From: Alistipes sp.
GTDB taxonomy: Bacteria; Bacteroidota; Bacteroidia; Bacteroidales; Rikenellaceae
Assembly: GCA_045603045.1 (NCBI GenBank)
Contig: JAZULJ010000018.1
Coordinates: 1,067 to 65,066 of the forward strand
DNA: 64,000 nucleotides
Direction of reading: 5' to 3'
The position numbers and the translations under genes are program-made. Of this stretch, positions 20,036 to 28,190 are shown one piece after another. The notes below the pieces were generated by a model. The model was not told the origin of the DNA. It was given only the letters and a program-made list of their open reading frames with translations, and did no database searches. Position 1 is the stretch's first letter, and the number at the start of each line of letters is the position of its first letter.

Positions 20036-20078
20036 CGTATATCGGTTTGAATAATAGTCTTAAAATATGTTATTTATC

Positions 20079-21137
20079 TTAGAGTACGTCGGGCGCAGGA
20101 TGCTCTTTGAGTGCCATGCTACACATCTTGAAGAGGAGGCGCGCGGCAATAGCAGCATCTGTACGGTCATCCATATCGGGCACCACCTCCGTAAGGTCGA
20201 AGCCCACGATACGACGCCCCGAGGTCACAAGTTTACCAACGAGATAAACAACCTCCGGGAAGCGCAAGCCACCCGATACAAGCGTACCCGTATGGGGTGA
20301 GCACTCGATGGTCAGACCGTCGATATCGAGCGATACATATACCTTCTCAGGGAGTGTCTCAATAATCTCATCGCACAACGCAGCCCACGTCACGCCCTCG
20401 AACTTCTGCGACCACAGATACTGTCCCGTGAAGAGGTGTATGCGCTCATCGCTCTGGGCACGCTCCCACTCGCGGGGGCTGAACTCACGCACACCAACCG
20501 ACACAAGACGCTTCACCTGAGGCACGTCGCGCATGATGTTGTGCATCACCGAGGCATGCGAGAAGTCGAAGTTATAGTGTTGCTCGCGCAGGTCGCACTT
20601 CGAGTCTATATGCAAAATACCGACCTCGTTGTGCTTCTCGCCCACGGCCTTGACCAGACCATAGGCCACCGACTGTTCGCCACCGACCAGGCCCACAATC
20701 TTATCCCTGTCGAGCCAGCGCTTTGCCTGCTCATATATATTGTTATTAACCTCAGCCGAGCCCTCGTTGACCTTACGCAGACGGCGCGAGTGTAGCATAT
20801 TCTCTATCGACGATAGTCCCAGCTCATCGTGCATCTTCATAACGCGCTCAGCATCGGAGCGCAGACGGTGCGACAAATCCTGTATGCGATAATCGATAGG
20901 CGCCGTGGCGATACCCTTACGCCAGCTATATGGCGCCGAAGGCTCATAAAAGTCTATGAAGCGCGACGCCTCAATGATGGCGTCGGGGGCATACGAGCTG
21001 CCGGCACGTATCTGCACCGTAGCATCCCATGGAGCCGATATGAGCACCAGGGCTGCATCCTCGGCACTGAGTGGCATACCGAAATAATTGCCGTTATCGG
21101 GCACTACACCATTGGGGTCAAACTCTGTTGTATGCAT
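20079..21137 (-). CDS. Agmatinase/ureohydrolase family protein with both metal-binding histidines substituted
   Basis: PWDAT, GGEQS (canonical GGE/DHS), DSKCD (canonical DAHxD), SLDIDGL and GFDLTEV. Confidence 0.85.
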   Translation of the reverse strand: MHTTEFDPNGVVPDNGNYFGMPLSAEDAALVLISAPWDATVQIRAGSSYAPDAIIEASRFIDFYEPSAPYSWRKGIATAPIDYRIQDLSHRLRSDAERVMKMHDELGLSSIENMLHSRRLRKVNEGSAEVNNNIYEQAKRWLDRDKIVGLVGGEQSVAYGLVKAVGEKHNEVGILHIDSKCDLREQHYNFDFSHASVMHNIMRDVPQVKRLVSVGVREFSPREWERAQSDERIHLFTGQYLWSQKFEGVTWAALCDEIIETLPEKVYVSLDIDGLTIECSPHTGTLVSGGLRFPEVVYLVGKLVTSGRRIVGFDLTEVVPDMDDRTDAAIAARLLFKMCSMALKEHPAPDVL

Positions 21138-21218
21138 ATTCTACCGATTAGTTGGTTAATCACACTTTTTGCACAGCAAAATAACATGCAAATATAGTAA
21201 CTTTTTTGCATTTTTTAC

Positions 21219-21226
21219 TATCTTTG
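21219..21226 (+). promoter_or_regulatory. -7 promoter element upstream of the family B element and pdxB
   Basis: TATCTTTG. Confidence 0.6.
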
Positions 21227-21243
21227 TCCTAAAATTTATTAAC

Positions 21244-21431
21244 GGAGGCCCCGTAAATCAGGTCGAGTAGATTTTGAAATTTATTGCGAGAATATTTCTC
21301 GGCTCTCGGGAGCGCACAATGTAAGCATTGTAACCGGGCAATGGTGAGAAAAACTACAATAAGTTCAAAGGCGACCGAAACACAACCTCCCGAAGTAACG
21401 AATAATCTTTTACCAATTTATAGAACATCTC
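21244..21431 (+). repeat. ~190-bp structured intergenic element (family B, copy 1) in the apparent pdxB leader
   Basis: GGAGG...GGTCG...GGGAGCGCACAATG-TAAG-CATTGTAACC...CGACCGAAA...CCTCC...ATTTATAGAACATCTC; second copy at 37296-37487. Confidence 0.8.
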
Positions 21432-21454
21432 TAAATTCACACTCACCATACCTC

Positions 21455-22450
21455 ATGAAGATAATCATCGACAGCGCCATACCCTTCATCAAGGGTGTCT
21501 TAGAACCCTATGCCGAGGTCATATACTGCGCCGGCAGAGAGTTCAACGCAGAGAACGTAAGCGACTGCGATGCGATGATTGTGCGCACACGCACACGTTG
21601 CGACGAGGCACTGCTCGCCAACTCTCGCGTTAGATTCATCGCCACCGCAACCATCGGCACCGACCATATAGACCTCAACTGGTGCAAGGCCAACGGCATA
21701 AGCGTTGCGAGTGCTGCGGGATGCAACGCACGAGGCGTCTTGCAGTGGGTGGCAGCAGCCCTCAAAGAGATATGCTCCACCGACAACAAGCACCCCGAGC
21801 ACTACACTTTGGGCGTCGTTGGCGTTGGCAACGTAGGCTCACTTGTGGCGGAGTATGCCGAGCGTTGGGGTTTCAGCGTATTGAAGTGCGACCCGCCACG
21901 CCAGGAGCGCGAAGGTGGCGACTACGTCGATATCGACACCATCGTTCGCGAGTGCAACATCATAACACTCCACACCCCATTAGACACCACAACAAAACAC
22001 CTTATAAACGAGCGAAACATAGCCCTCATGCCCGCCGATGCGACCATTATCAACGCCTCACGAGGGGGCGTTGCCGATAATCGCGCGGTGCTGCATAGCG
22101 GCCATCGCTACATATTCGACGTATGGGAACAAGAGCCGAACCTCGATATCGACATTCTGGCTGCCGCAACCCTCGCCACACCCCACATTGCGGGCTACTC
22201 GCGACAGGGCAAGGCAAATGCTACTTCAATGGTCATAAGAGCCCTCGCCCACCACTTCTCACTACCGCTGACAGAGTGGTATCCCGAGGATATGAGCGAG
22301 TGTGAACCACGCGACATTTCGTGGTCGGAGATGTGCCACACAATAGACCAATACTTTCCGATAAAAGAACAGAGCAGAGAGCTCAAATCGGCACCCGAAA
22401 AGTTCGAGACACTGCGCAATGAATACCACTACCGCGAGGAGTATTTCTAA
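21455..22450 (+). CDS. pdxB: Erythronate-4-phosphate dehydrogenase
   Basis: MIVRTRT, ATATIGTDHID, GVVGVGNVG, INASRG and TPHIAGYS; start trimmed to MKIII. Confidence 0.9.
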   Translation: MKIIIDSAIPFIKGVLEPYAEVIYCAGREFNAENVSDCDAMIVRTRTRCDEALLANSRVRFIATATIGTDHIDLNWCKANGISVASAAGCNARGVLQWVAAALKEICSTDNKHPEHYTLGVVGVGNVGSLVAEYAERWGFSVLKCDPPRQEREGGDYVDIDTIVRECNIITLHTPLDTTTKHLINERNIALMPADATIINASRGGVADNRAVLHSGHRYIFDVWEQEPNLDIDILAAATLATPHIAGYSRQGKANATSMVIRALAHHFSLPLTEWYPEDMSECEPRDISWSEMCHTIDQYFPIKEQSRELKSAPEKFETLRNEYHYREEYF

Positions 22451-22563
22451 ACATCTCGCAGAGAATAGCCCCGAGAACTATATTTTAGCGTTTGTCGGGG
22501 CTTTTTATTTGGATAAAAAATTGCTCATTGCGGAATTATTTATATATTTGTATAATATTTACA

Positions 22564-23682
22564 ATGCGCAAAAATCGAATGAAACGCTCGATACTACAAT
22601 CGCTACTGAACATCTTACCCGCCGAGATGTCGCATAGGGTGCGCCTTAGGCTACTTGGCGGCGTATGCCACATACCCACGGCCAAGTGGTTTCTCGGCCG
22701 CACATTTGCACCACGCGATAAAACCCTCTCTCGCGAGGTCTTCGGCGTACACTTCGACAACCCGATAGGTGTCGCCGCAGGCTTCGACGCCAACGGCGAC
22801 TACATCGACGAGTTCTCGGCAATGGGCTTCGGCTTCGTGGAGATAGGCTCCATCATCGCCCACGCACAGCCTGGCACACCGCGCCCACGCCTCAGACGTC
22901 TGCGCTCAATGAATTCCCTGCTCGACAATTCAGGATACCCGAGCAAAGGGTTGGAGTATGCGCTAAATAACGTGCGACACCGCAACTCAAAGACTCAACG
23001 TATAACGATAGGTTGCAACATCGGCAAGTGCACAGCCACGCCCGCCGAACAGATTACGAAGGAGTATCTGCGCGTATTCCGCAACATGTACCAATATGTC
23101 GATTTCTTCGTCATCAACATATCGTGCAACACCTCCGTCAAGCCCTTTACGCTAAAAACGCGCGAGGAGATTTTGGAGATCATAGAGCCGCTCTTTGAGT
23201 TCCGCCGCGGACAGCTCGATTACCGCCCCATTCTTCTCAAAATATCGCCCGACCTCTCTCAGGAGCAACTCGACGAGATTATCAACATCCTCATAGAGAC
23301 CCCGCTGGATGGCATCGAGGCTGTTGCCGGCTCGTCCGATATAGCGCCCAACAGCGGAGGTATCATCAGCGGACAACTGCTCACCGAGCGCGCAATTGAC
23401 ATGGTGCGCTACATAACACAAAAGACAGAGGGCAACTACCCCATTATCGGCAGTGGCGGCATGATACAGCCCGAGGATGTGAGACGCATGTTTGAGGCGG
23501 GAGCATCGCTCGTGGCACTCAATACAGGACTGCGCCTCAATGGTTTTAAGTTGCTGAGAGAGTCGGCACAAGCTCTTGTCGCGAAGCCCGAGGAGGAGAC
23601 TCCCGAAGCCGAGAGCATAGCACCCACGGCACCACAAGAGCCACAAGAGCCGCAGCAACCACAAGAGTACCAACAAGAGTAA
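22564..23682 (+). CDS. Class 2 (quinone) dihydroorotate dehydrogenase-like protein with a degenerate active site
   Basis: NPIGVAAGFD, GFVEIG, NIGK, LKISPD and IIGSGG are recognisable, but several substrate- and FMN-binding residues are changed; low-complexity PQE tail. Confidence 0.75.
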   Translation: MRKNRMKRSILQSLLNILPAEMSHRVRLRLLGGVCHIPTAKWFLGRTFAPRDKTLSREVFGVHFDNPIGVAAGFDANGDYIDEFSAMGFGFVEIGSIIAHAQPGTPRPRLRRLRSMNSLLDNSGYPSKGLEYALNNVRHRNSKTQRITIGCNIGKCTATPAEQITKEYLRVFRNMYQYVDFFVINISCNTSVKPFTLKTREEILEIIEPLFEFRRGQLDYRPILLKISPDLSQEQLDEIINILIETPLDGIEAVAGSSDIAPNSGGIISGQLLTERAIDMVRYITQKTEGNYPIIGSGGMIQPEDVRRMFEAGASLVALNTGLRLNGFKLLRESAQALVAKPEEETPEAESIAPTAPQEPQEPQQPQEYQQE

Positions 23683-23694
23683 ATAGGCCAAACA

Positions 23695-24942
23695 ATGAAG
23701 GCGACGGTAATAACCATAGGCGACGAGATACTCATCGGCCAGATAGTCGATACCAACAGCGTTTCGATAGCACGCCACCTCAACACCATAGGCATCGCCA
23801 TTGCAGAGAAGCTATCCATCGGCGACGATGCTGAGCAGATAACCTCGACGCTGCGTCGTGCGATGGCAGGCAGCGAGGTTGTCATCATCACGGGAGGACT
23901 CGGTCCCACTAAAGATGACATCACGAAGCACACCTTGGCGCACCTCTTCAACTCGGAGTTGGAGTATAACGCCTCGGAGGGCGAACATGTGCGCACACTC
24001 TTGGCACGCCGCGGAATACCCTTCACCGAGCTCAACCGCGCACAGGCCATGCTCCCGAAGTGCTGTACCGTGCTACACAACGCCCACGGCACCGCTCCGG
24101 GCATGTGGTTCGAGGACGAGAAGGGATGTATCGTAGTCTCGCTGCCGGGCGTACCCTTCGAGATGGAGCACCTCATGGAGGATGAGGTTATACCTCGCCT
24201 TAAAAAACGCTTTGCGCTACACGCCATCGTCCACCGCACTATTATCACCCGCGGCATTCCCGAGTCGCTACTCGCCGAGCGCATAGCAGCGTGGGAGGAG
24301 GCCCTACCCAACTACATACACCTCGCCTACCTACCCGCACCTAACATCGTGCGCCTGCGTCTCTCGGCATACGACGTCGAGAAGGGGGCTGCAAATAGGG
24401 TCATAACGGAACAAATAGAGCAACTACACACAATCATAGGCGACAACATCGTCGGCATGGAGGATGCCTCTGTCGAGCAACTCGTGCACAACATCCTCAC
24501 GCAGCGCGGCCTACGCCTTGCCGTAGCGGAGAGCTGCACGGGAGGTACCATAGCCTCGAAGTTCACAGCACAGGCGGGAGCCTCGGCCTACTTTATGGCG
24601 GGCATCGTGGCATATAGCAATGAGGCCAAGCGCGACATCCTCGGCGTGAACATGGACCACATCATGCGCCACGGCGCCGTGAGCGAGGAAGTGGCTATAC
24701 AGATGGCCGAGGGAGCACGCCGCATATCGGGTGCCGACTACGCCATCGCCACAACGGGCATTGCCGGCCCCACAGGAGGAAGCACCGAGAAGCCCGTGGG
24801 CACAGTTTGGATGGCCATAGCCACGCCACACGGTTGCCGCGCTGTGATGCGCAACTCGGGCACCGACCGCTCACAGATAATATCACGCGCCTCAGCATAC
24901 GCTATCGAAATGTTGTACGAGGAGTTAAAAAAGAGAGCTTAG
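23695..24942 (+). CDS. cinA: CinA family protein (molybdopterin-binding-like domain + NMN deamidase PncC)
   Basis: IGDEILIGQIVDTNS, GGLGPTKDD, AESCTGG and TTGIAGPTGG. Confidence 0.95.
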   Translation: MKATVITIGDEILIGQIVDTNSVSIARHLNTIGIAIAEKLSIGDDAEQITSTLRRAMAGSEVVIITGGLGPTKDDITKHTLAHLFNSELEYNASEGEHVRTLLARRGIPFTELNRAQAMLPKCCTVLHNAHGTAPGMWFEDEKGCIVVSLPGVPFEMEHLMEDEVIPRLKKRFALHAIVHRTIITRGIPESLLAERIAAWEEALPNYIHLAYLPAPNIVRLRLSAYDVEKGAANRVITEQIEQLHTIIGDNIVGMEDASVEQLVHNILTQRGLRLAVAESCTGGTIASKFTAQAGASAYFMAGIVAYSNEAKRDILGVNMDHIMRHGAVSEEVAIQMAEGARRISGADYAIATTGIAGPTGGSTEKPVGTVWMAIATPHGCRAVMRNSGTDRSQIISRASAYAIEMLYEELKKRA

Positions 24943-24977
24943 TCCCCACAGTATAAAAATTCAAACTAAATAAAACT

Positions 24978-26153
24978 ATGATTCGCTCAATCTTAGACAC
25001 CGACCTCTATAAGTTTACCACGTCGTACGCCTACTTCAAGCTCTACCCGCAAGCCATTGGCACCTTCACATTCAATGACCGCGCTAAGACGGTATTCGAC
25101 GACGACTTCTTGGAGGACCTCAAAGCAGAATTCAAGGCGTTGGAGCGCATATCGCTCTCGCAGGACGAGTTTTGCTACATGAACAATCACTGCAAGTATA
25201 TCCCTCAGAACTACTTCGAGTGGCTCTTAGGCTTCCGTTTCGACGCCTCGAAGATTAACGTATGGCTCGATGAGGAGAACCACTTGCAGATAAATGTTAC
25301 GGACTTCATGTATAAGGTTACACTCTACGAGATACCTATTCTGGCCACCGTATCGGAGTTGTTCCACCTGCGCAATAGCTACGACGCCGAGGCTATGATT
25401 GCACGCCTCGAAGAGAAGGAGCAGATAGCGCGCGATAATGGACTCCTATTCTCGGACTTCGGCACACGCCGCCGCTTCTCGTACGATGTGCAGCGCATGG
25501 TCGTCAAGCACCTCAAAAATAACCCGTGTGGCTGTACCGGAACATCAAACTGCCACCTCGCCATGGAGCTCGATATGAAGATGATAGGAACCTACCCCCA
25601 CGAGCTTCCGATGTTTATCGCCGCAGTGAATGGTGGTCCACGTAATGCCAACTACCTCACCATGGAGGACTGGGTAAAGGTCTATGATGGCTACCTCGGC
25701 ACGGCACTCACTGATAGCTTCGGCTCGGAGGTCTTCTTCAACAACTTCTCGAAGAAGCACGCCTGTCTCTTCGATGGTGTGCGCCAGGACTCGGGCGACC
25801 CCATCGCCTTTATTGACATGGCCATCAATCGCTATAAGGAGTTAGGTATCGACCCCATGACCAAGAGCATCGTGTTCAGCGATGCACTGAACTTCGAGAA
25901 GGCCGTGCAGATTAAGAAGGCTTGCGAGGGACGCATCAAATGTATGTTCGGCATCGGTACCAACCTTACGTGCGACACGGGCCATGCGTCGTGCAATATC
26001 GTCATGAAGCTATCGAGCTGCCAGATAAACTCACGTAAGCCCAGGGAGTTGTGCGTCAAACTCTCGGATGTCGAGGGCAAGGAGATGGGCGACCCCGAAG
26101 AGATAAAGCTCTATCGCGCCCTACTTCGCAACCACACCCAGAAGAGCGAATAA
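24978..26153 (+). CDS. pncB: Nicotinate phosphoribosyltransferase
   Basis: LDTDLYK, DFGTRRR, GTYPHE, RQDSGDP, FSDAL and FGIGTNL. Confidence 0.95.
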   Translation: MIRSILDTDLYKFTTSYAYFKLYPQAIGTFTFNDRAKTVFDDDFLEDLKAEFKALERISLSQDEFCYMNNHCKYIPQNYFEWLLGFRFDASKINVWLDEENHLQINVTDFMYKVTLYEIPILATVSELFHLRNSYDAEAMIARLEEKEQIARDNGLLFSDFGTRRRFSYDVQRMVVKHLKNNPCGCTGTSNCHLAMELDMKMIGTYPHELPMFIAAVNGGPRNANYLTMEDWVKVYDGYLGTALTDSFGSEVFFNNFSKKHACLFDGVRQDSGDPIAFIDMAINRYKELGIDPMTKSIVFSDALNFEKAVQIKKACEGRIKCMFGIGTNLTCDTGHASCNIVMKLSSCQINSRKPRELCVKLSDVEGKEMGDPEEIKLYRALLRNHTQKSE

Positions 26154-26163
26154 GTGGCAAAAC

Positions 26164-26200
26164 AAAGAGCCTGTCTAACCATATGTTAGACAGGCTCTTT
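26164..26200. terminator. Bidirectional terminator (repeat family D, copy 1)
   Basis: 16-bp stem AAAGAGCCTGTCTAAC / GTTAGACAGGCTCTTT between pncB and the tRNA. Confidence 0.85.
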
Positions 26201-26206
26201 ACTATG

Positions 26207-26280
<74 letters not shown>

Positions 26281-26441
26281 GACGTTTTCACGCTTTCGTG
26301 GGTGCAAAGATAGTAAAAAAAATGAAATGTGAAACCCTAAACCGTAAAATTTTTCGCGGAGGCCTCATATTGCTACAAAAAACACAATCTTTGTGCCTTT
26401 GAAACAATACAAAGCCTCCGCGAAAGTATCATCTAAAACGA

Positions 26442-27932
26442 CTACTCGTTATACTCGATAGCCTTTGTCGAGTTGATGGGGCAGAGGATGGTGTTCACAA
26501 CCTCGTACTTATTATCGAACTGCGAGTTAGGCGCTGCAATAATCACGAGCACGCTAAGCTCCGACTTTTTGTAGTTTGCAGCGATGGGGATCGATACCTT
26601 GAAGTCAGCAGTCTTGCCCTCCTCGATGGTGCCGAGGTCGTCACCTGTGATATCCATAATCTGCTCATCGACGCCTGTCATTTCTCGCAAGCAGTGGTTG
26701 TGATAGTTATGCCAATCCTCCCATGCACCCAGCTGTGCACCGTAGATATTGCTTTCGAGAAGCCAGCAAGAGATGCGATAGGACTGTGTAACACCTGACT
26801 TTACGATAGCCTCGACATCTACCGACGAGCCATTTATCTTGGTCGTAACACCGGCACTTGCCTGCGCAGTCTTCTTCCATGTGTAGGCGATATGTGTTTT
26901 GAGGTTATCGACACTTGCACCAGCAATCTTGGCGTACTGATAGTTAAATGTTGCCCCAGGGAAGCCGCGCACGCTGCGCACGAAGCCGAAGATGGCGGCA
27001 GCATCCGACTTTGCGGGGTCGCCATTTGCCAAACCACTATAATGAGCCTCAACAAGGTTGTAGCGATCGGCATAGTTGGTTGCAGCCAACTCCTTGAGGG
27101 CGTTCATCATCGAGGGACAGTTTCCACATAGTGTACCTGTATGCTCCACTAAGAGCACGCGGTTTTTGAAGTTGGTATTCTCGGGGTCGGGGTCGAGGGT
27201 GCTATCATCATTACCACCTGTGTTACCACCGCCATTCTCCACAACTGTAACAGAAATCTGCTCCGACGCGGTGTTATAGTACTTGACATAGAAGGTCATC
27301 TCGCCTGCTACCTCGGGAGTGTAGGGGTTCTCGATGCTCTGGTCGTCTGCGTAGATGGTGTATCCCTCAGTGAGGGTCTCAGCGCCAGCCTTAACCTCAA
27401 AGGTAATGGCACTTCCGAGCGTTATCTCCTCGGCTGCTGTGAGCGTAATGGGGAGCTTCGCAGCCTCCACTTCGATAGCCTTCGATACACATACCGTCTC
27501 GCCATCGATGGCCGTGAGTACAACCTTGGCGTTCAGCGTGTCGCTATACACATCCTCGATAAGTGCCTCGGCCGATGCCGTAAGGGTTATGGCACCCGCA
27601 TTGGCTGTGCACGATGCTATTGCGAGGTCGCTGCTCTGACTGCCGTTGAGCAGCTGTAACGACAACATCGTCTCGCAGGCGGCAGCTACCCGGGGTGCAA
27701 CGTCTGCGGGGGTGATGTCAAATGTGAGGGCGATACTCGCCGTAGAGAGCATTTCGTCGGTGTAGCCGATAGCCACCTTATCGCTATCGGCAGCGTAGTC
27801 GATAGCTACCAAACCAATAGTCTCCTCAGGATTAGGGTCGCCGCTGGGCTGCTGGCCGGGTGTAGGCTCCTCGTTACAGCCGACAGCCAAAAGCATGACT
27901 GCGGCAAAGAGATAAGAGATAAAATTTTTCAT
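26442..27932 (-). CDS. Omp28-related outer-membrane lipoprotein with a C-terminal thioredoxin-like CxxC domain
   Basis: Lipobox AVG-C, VLLVEHTGTLCGNCP, GFP and HNHCLR motifs. Confidence 0.85.
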   Translation of the reverse strand: MKNFISYLFAAVMLLAVGCNEEPTPGQQPSGDPNPEETIGLVAIDYAADSDKVAIGYTDEMLSTASIALTFDITPADVAPRVAAACETMLSLQLLNGSQSSDLAIASCTANAGAITLTASAEALIEDVYSDTLNAKVVLTAIDGETVCVSKAIEVEAAKLPITLTAAEEITLGSAITFEVKAGAETLTEGYTIYADDQSIENPYTPEVAGEMTFYVKYYNTASEQISVTVVENGGGNTGGNDDSTLDPDPENTNFKNRVLLVEHTGTLCGNCPSMMNALKELAATNYADRYNLVEAHYSGLANGDPAKSDAAAIFGFVRSVRGFPGATFNYQYAKIAGASVDNLKTHIAYTWKKTAQASAGVTTKINGSSVDVEAIVKSGVTQSYRISCWLLESNIYGAQLGAWEDWHNYHNHCLREMTGVDEQIMDITGDDLGTIEEGKTADFKVSIPIAANYKKSELSVLVIIAAPNSQFDNKYEVVNTILCPINSTKAIEYNE

Positions 27933-28128
27933 AGTATTAGGTTATAAATTAATTGCTCATGCACTGCGGCCATAGCCACTTACGACCACAAAGATAGCGA
28001 TAAGTTGCTAACAACGTATCACTCTGCCTCATTTTTTTTCGGATACTCCATAAAATGGACATAAATAAATTAGCCACTCACCTTTTCGTGATGAGACATA
28101 TAGTTCGTTGTGATTAGCCCTAACTAAC

Positions 28129-28163
28129 GGAGCCTGCCTAACAAAACTTGTTATACAGGCTCC
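28129..28163 (-). terminator. fhs terminator (repeat family D, copy 2)
   Basis: GGAGCCTGCCTAAC...GTTATACAGGCTCC. Confidence 0.7.
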
Positions 28164-28190
28164 TTATTATAATCGCTGGTGTACCGAAAG

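Noticed and set aside
23629-23679. Contingency locus at the CCACAAGAG 9-bp repeats in the PyrD-like tail (also the GCTATTAGC repeats near 41837-41860)
   Set aside because: The unit length is a multiple of three and the repeats lie in low-complexity tails, so copy changes would not switch expression.
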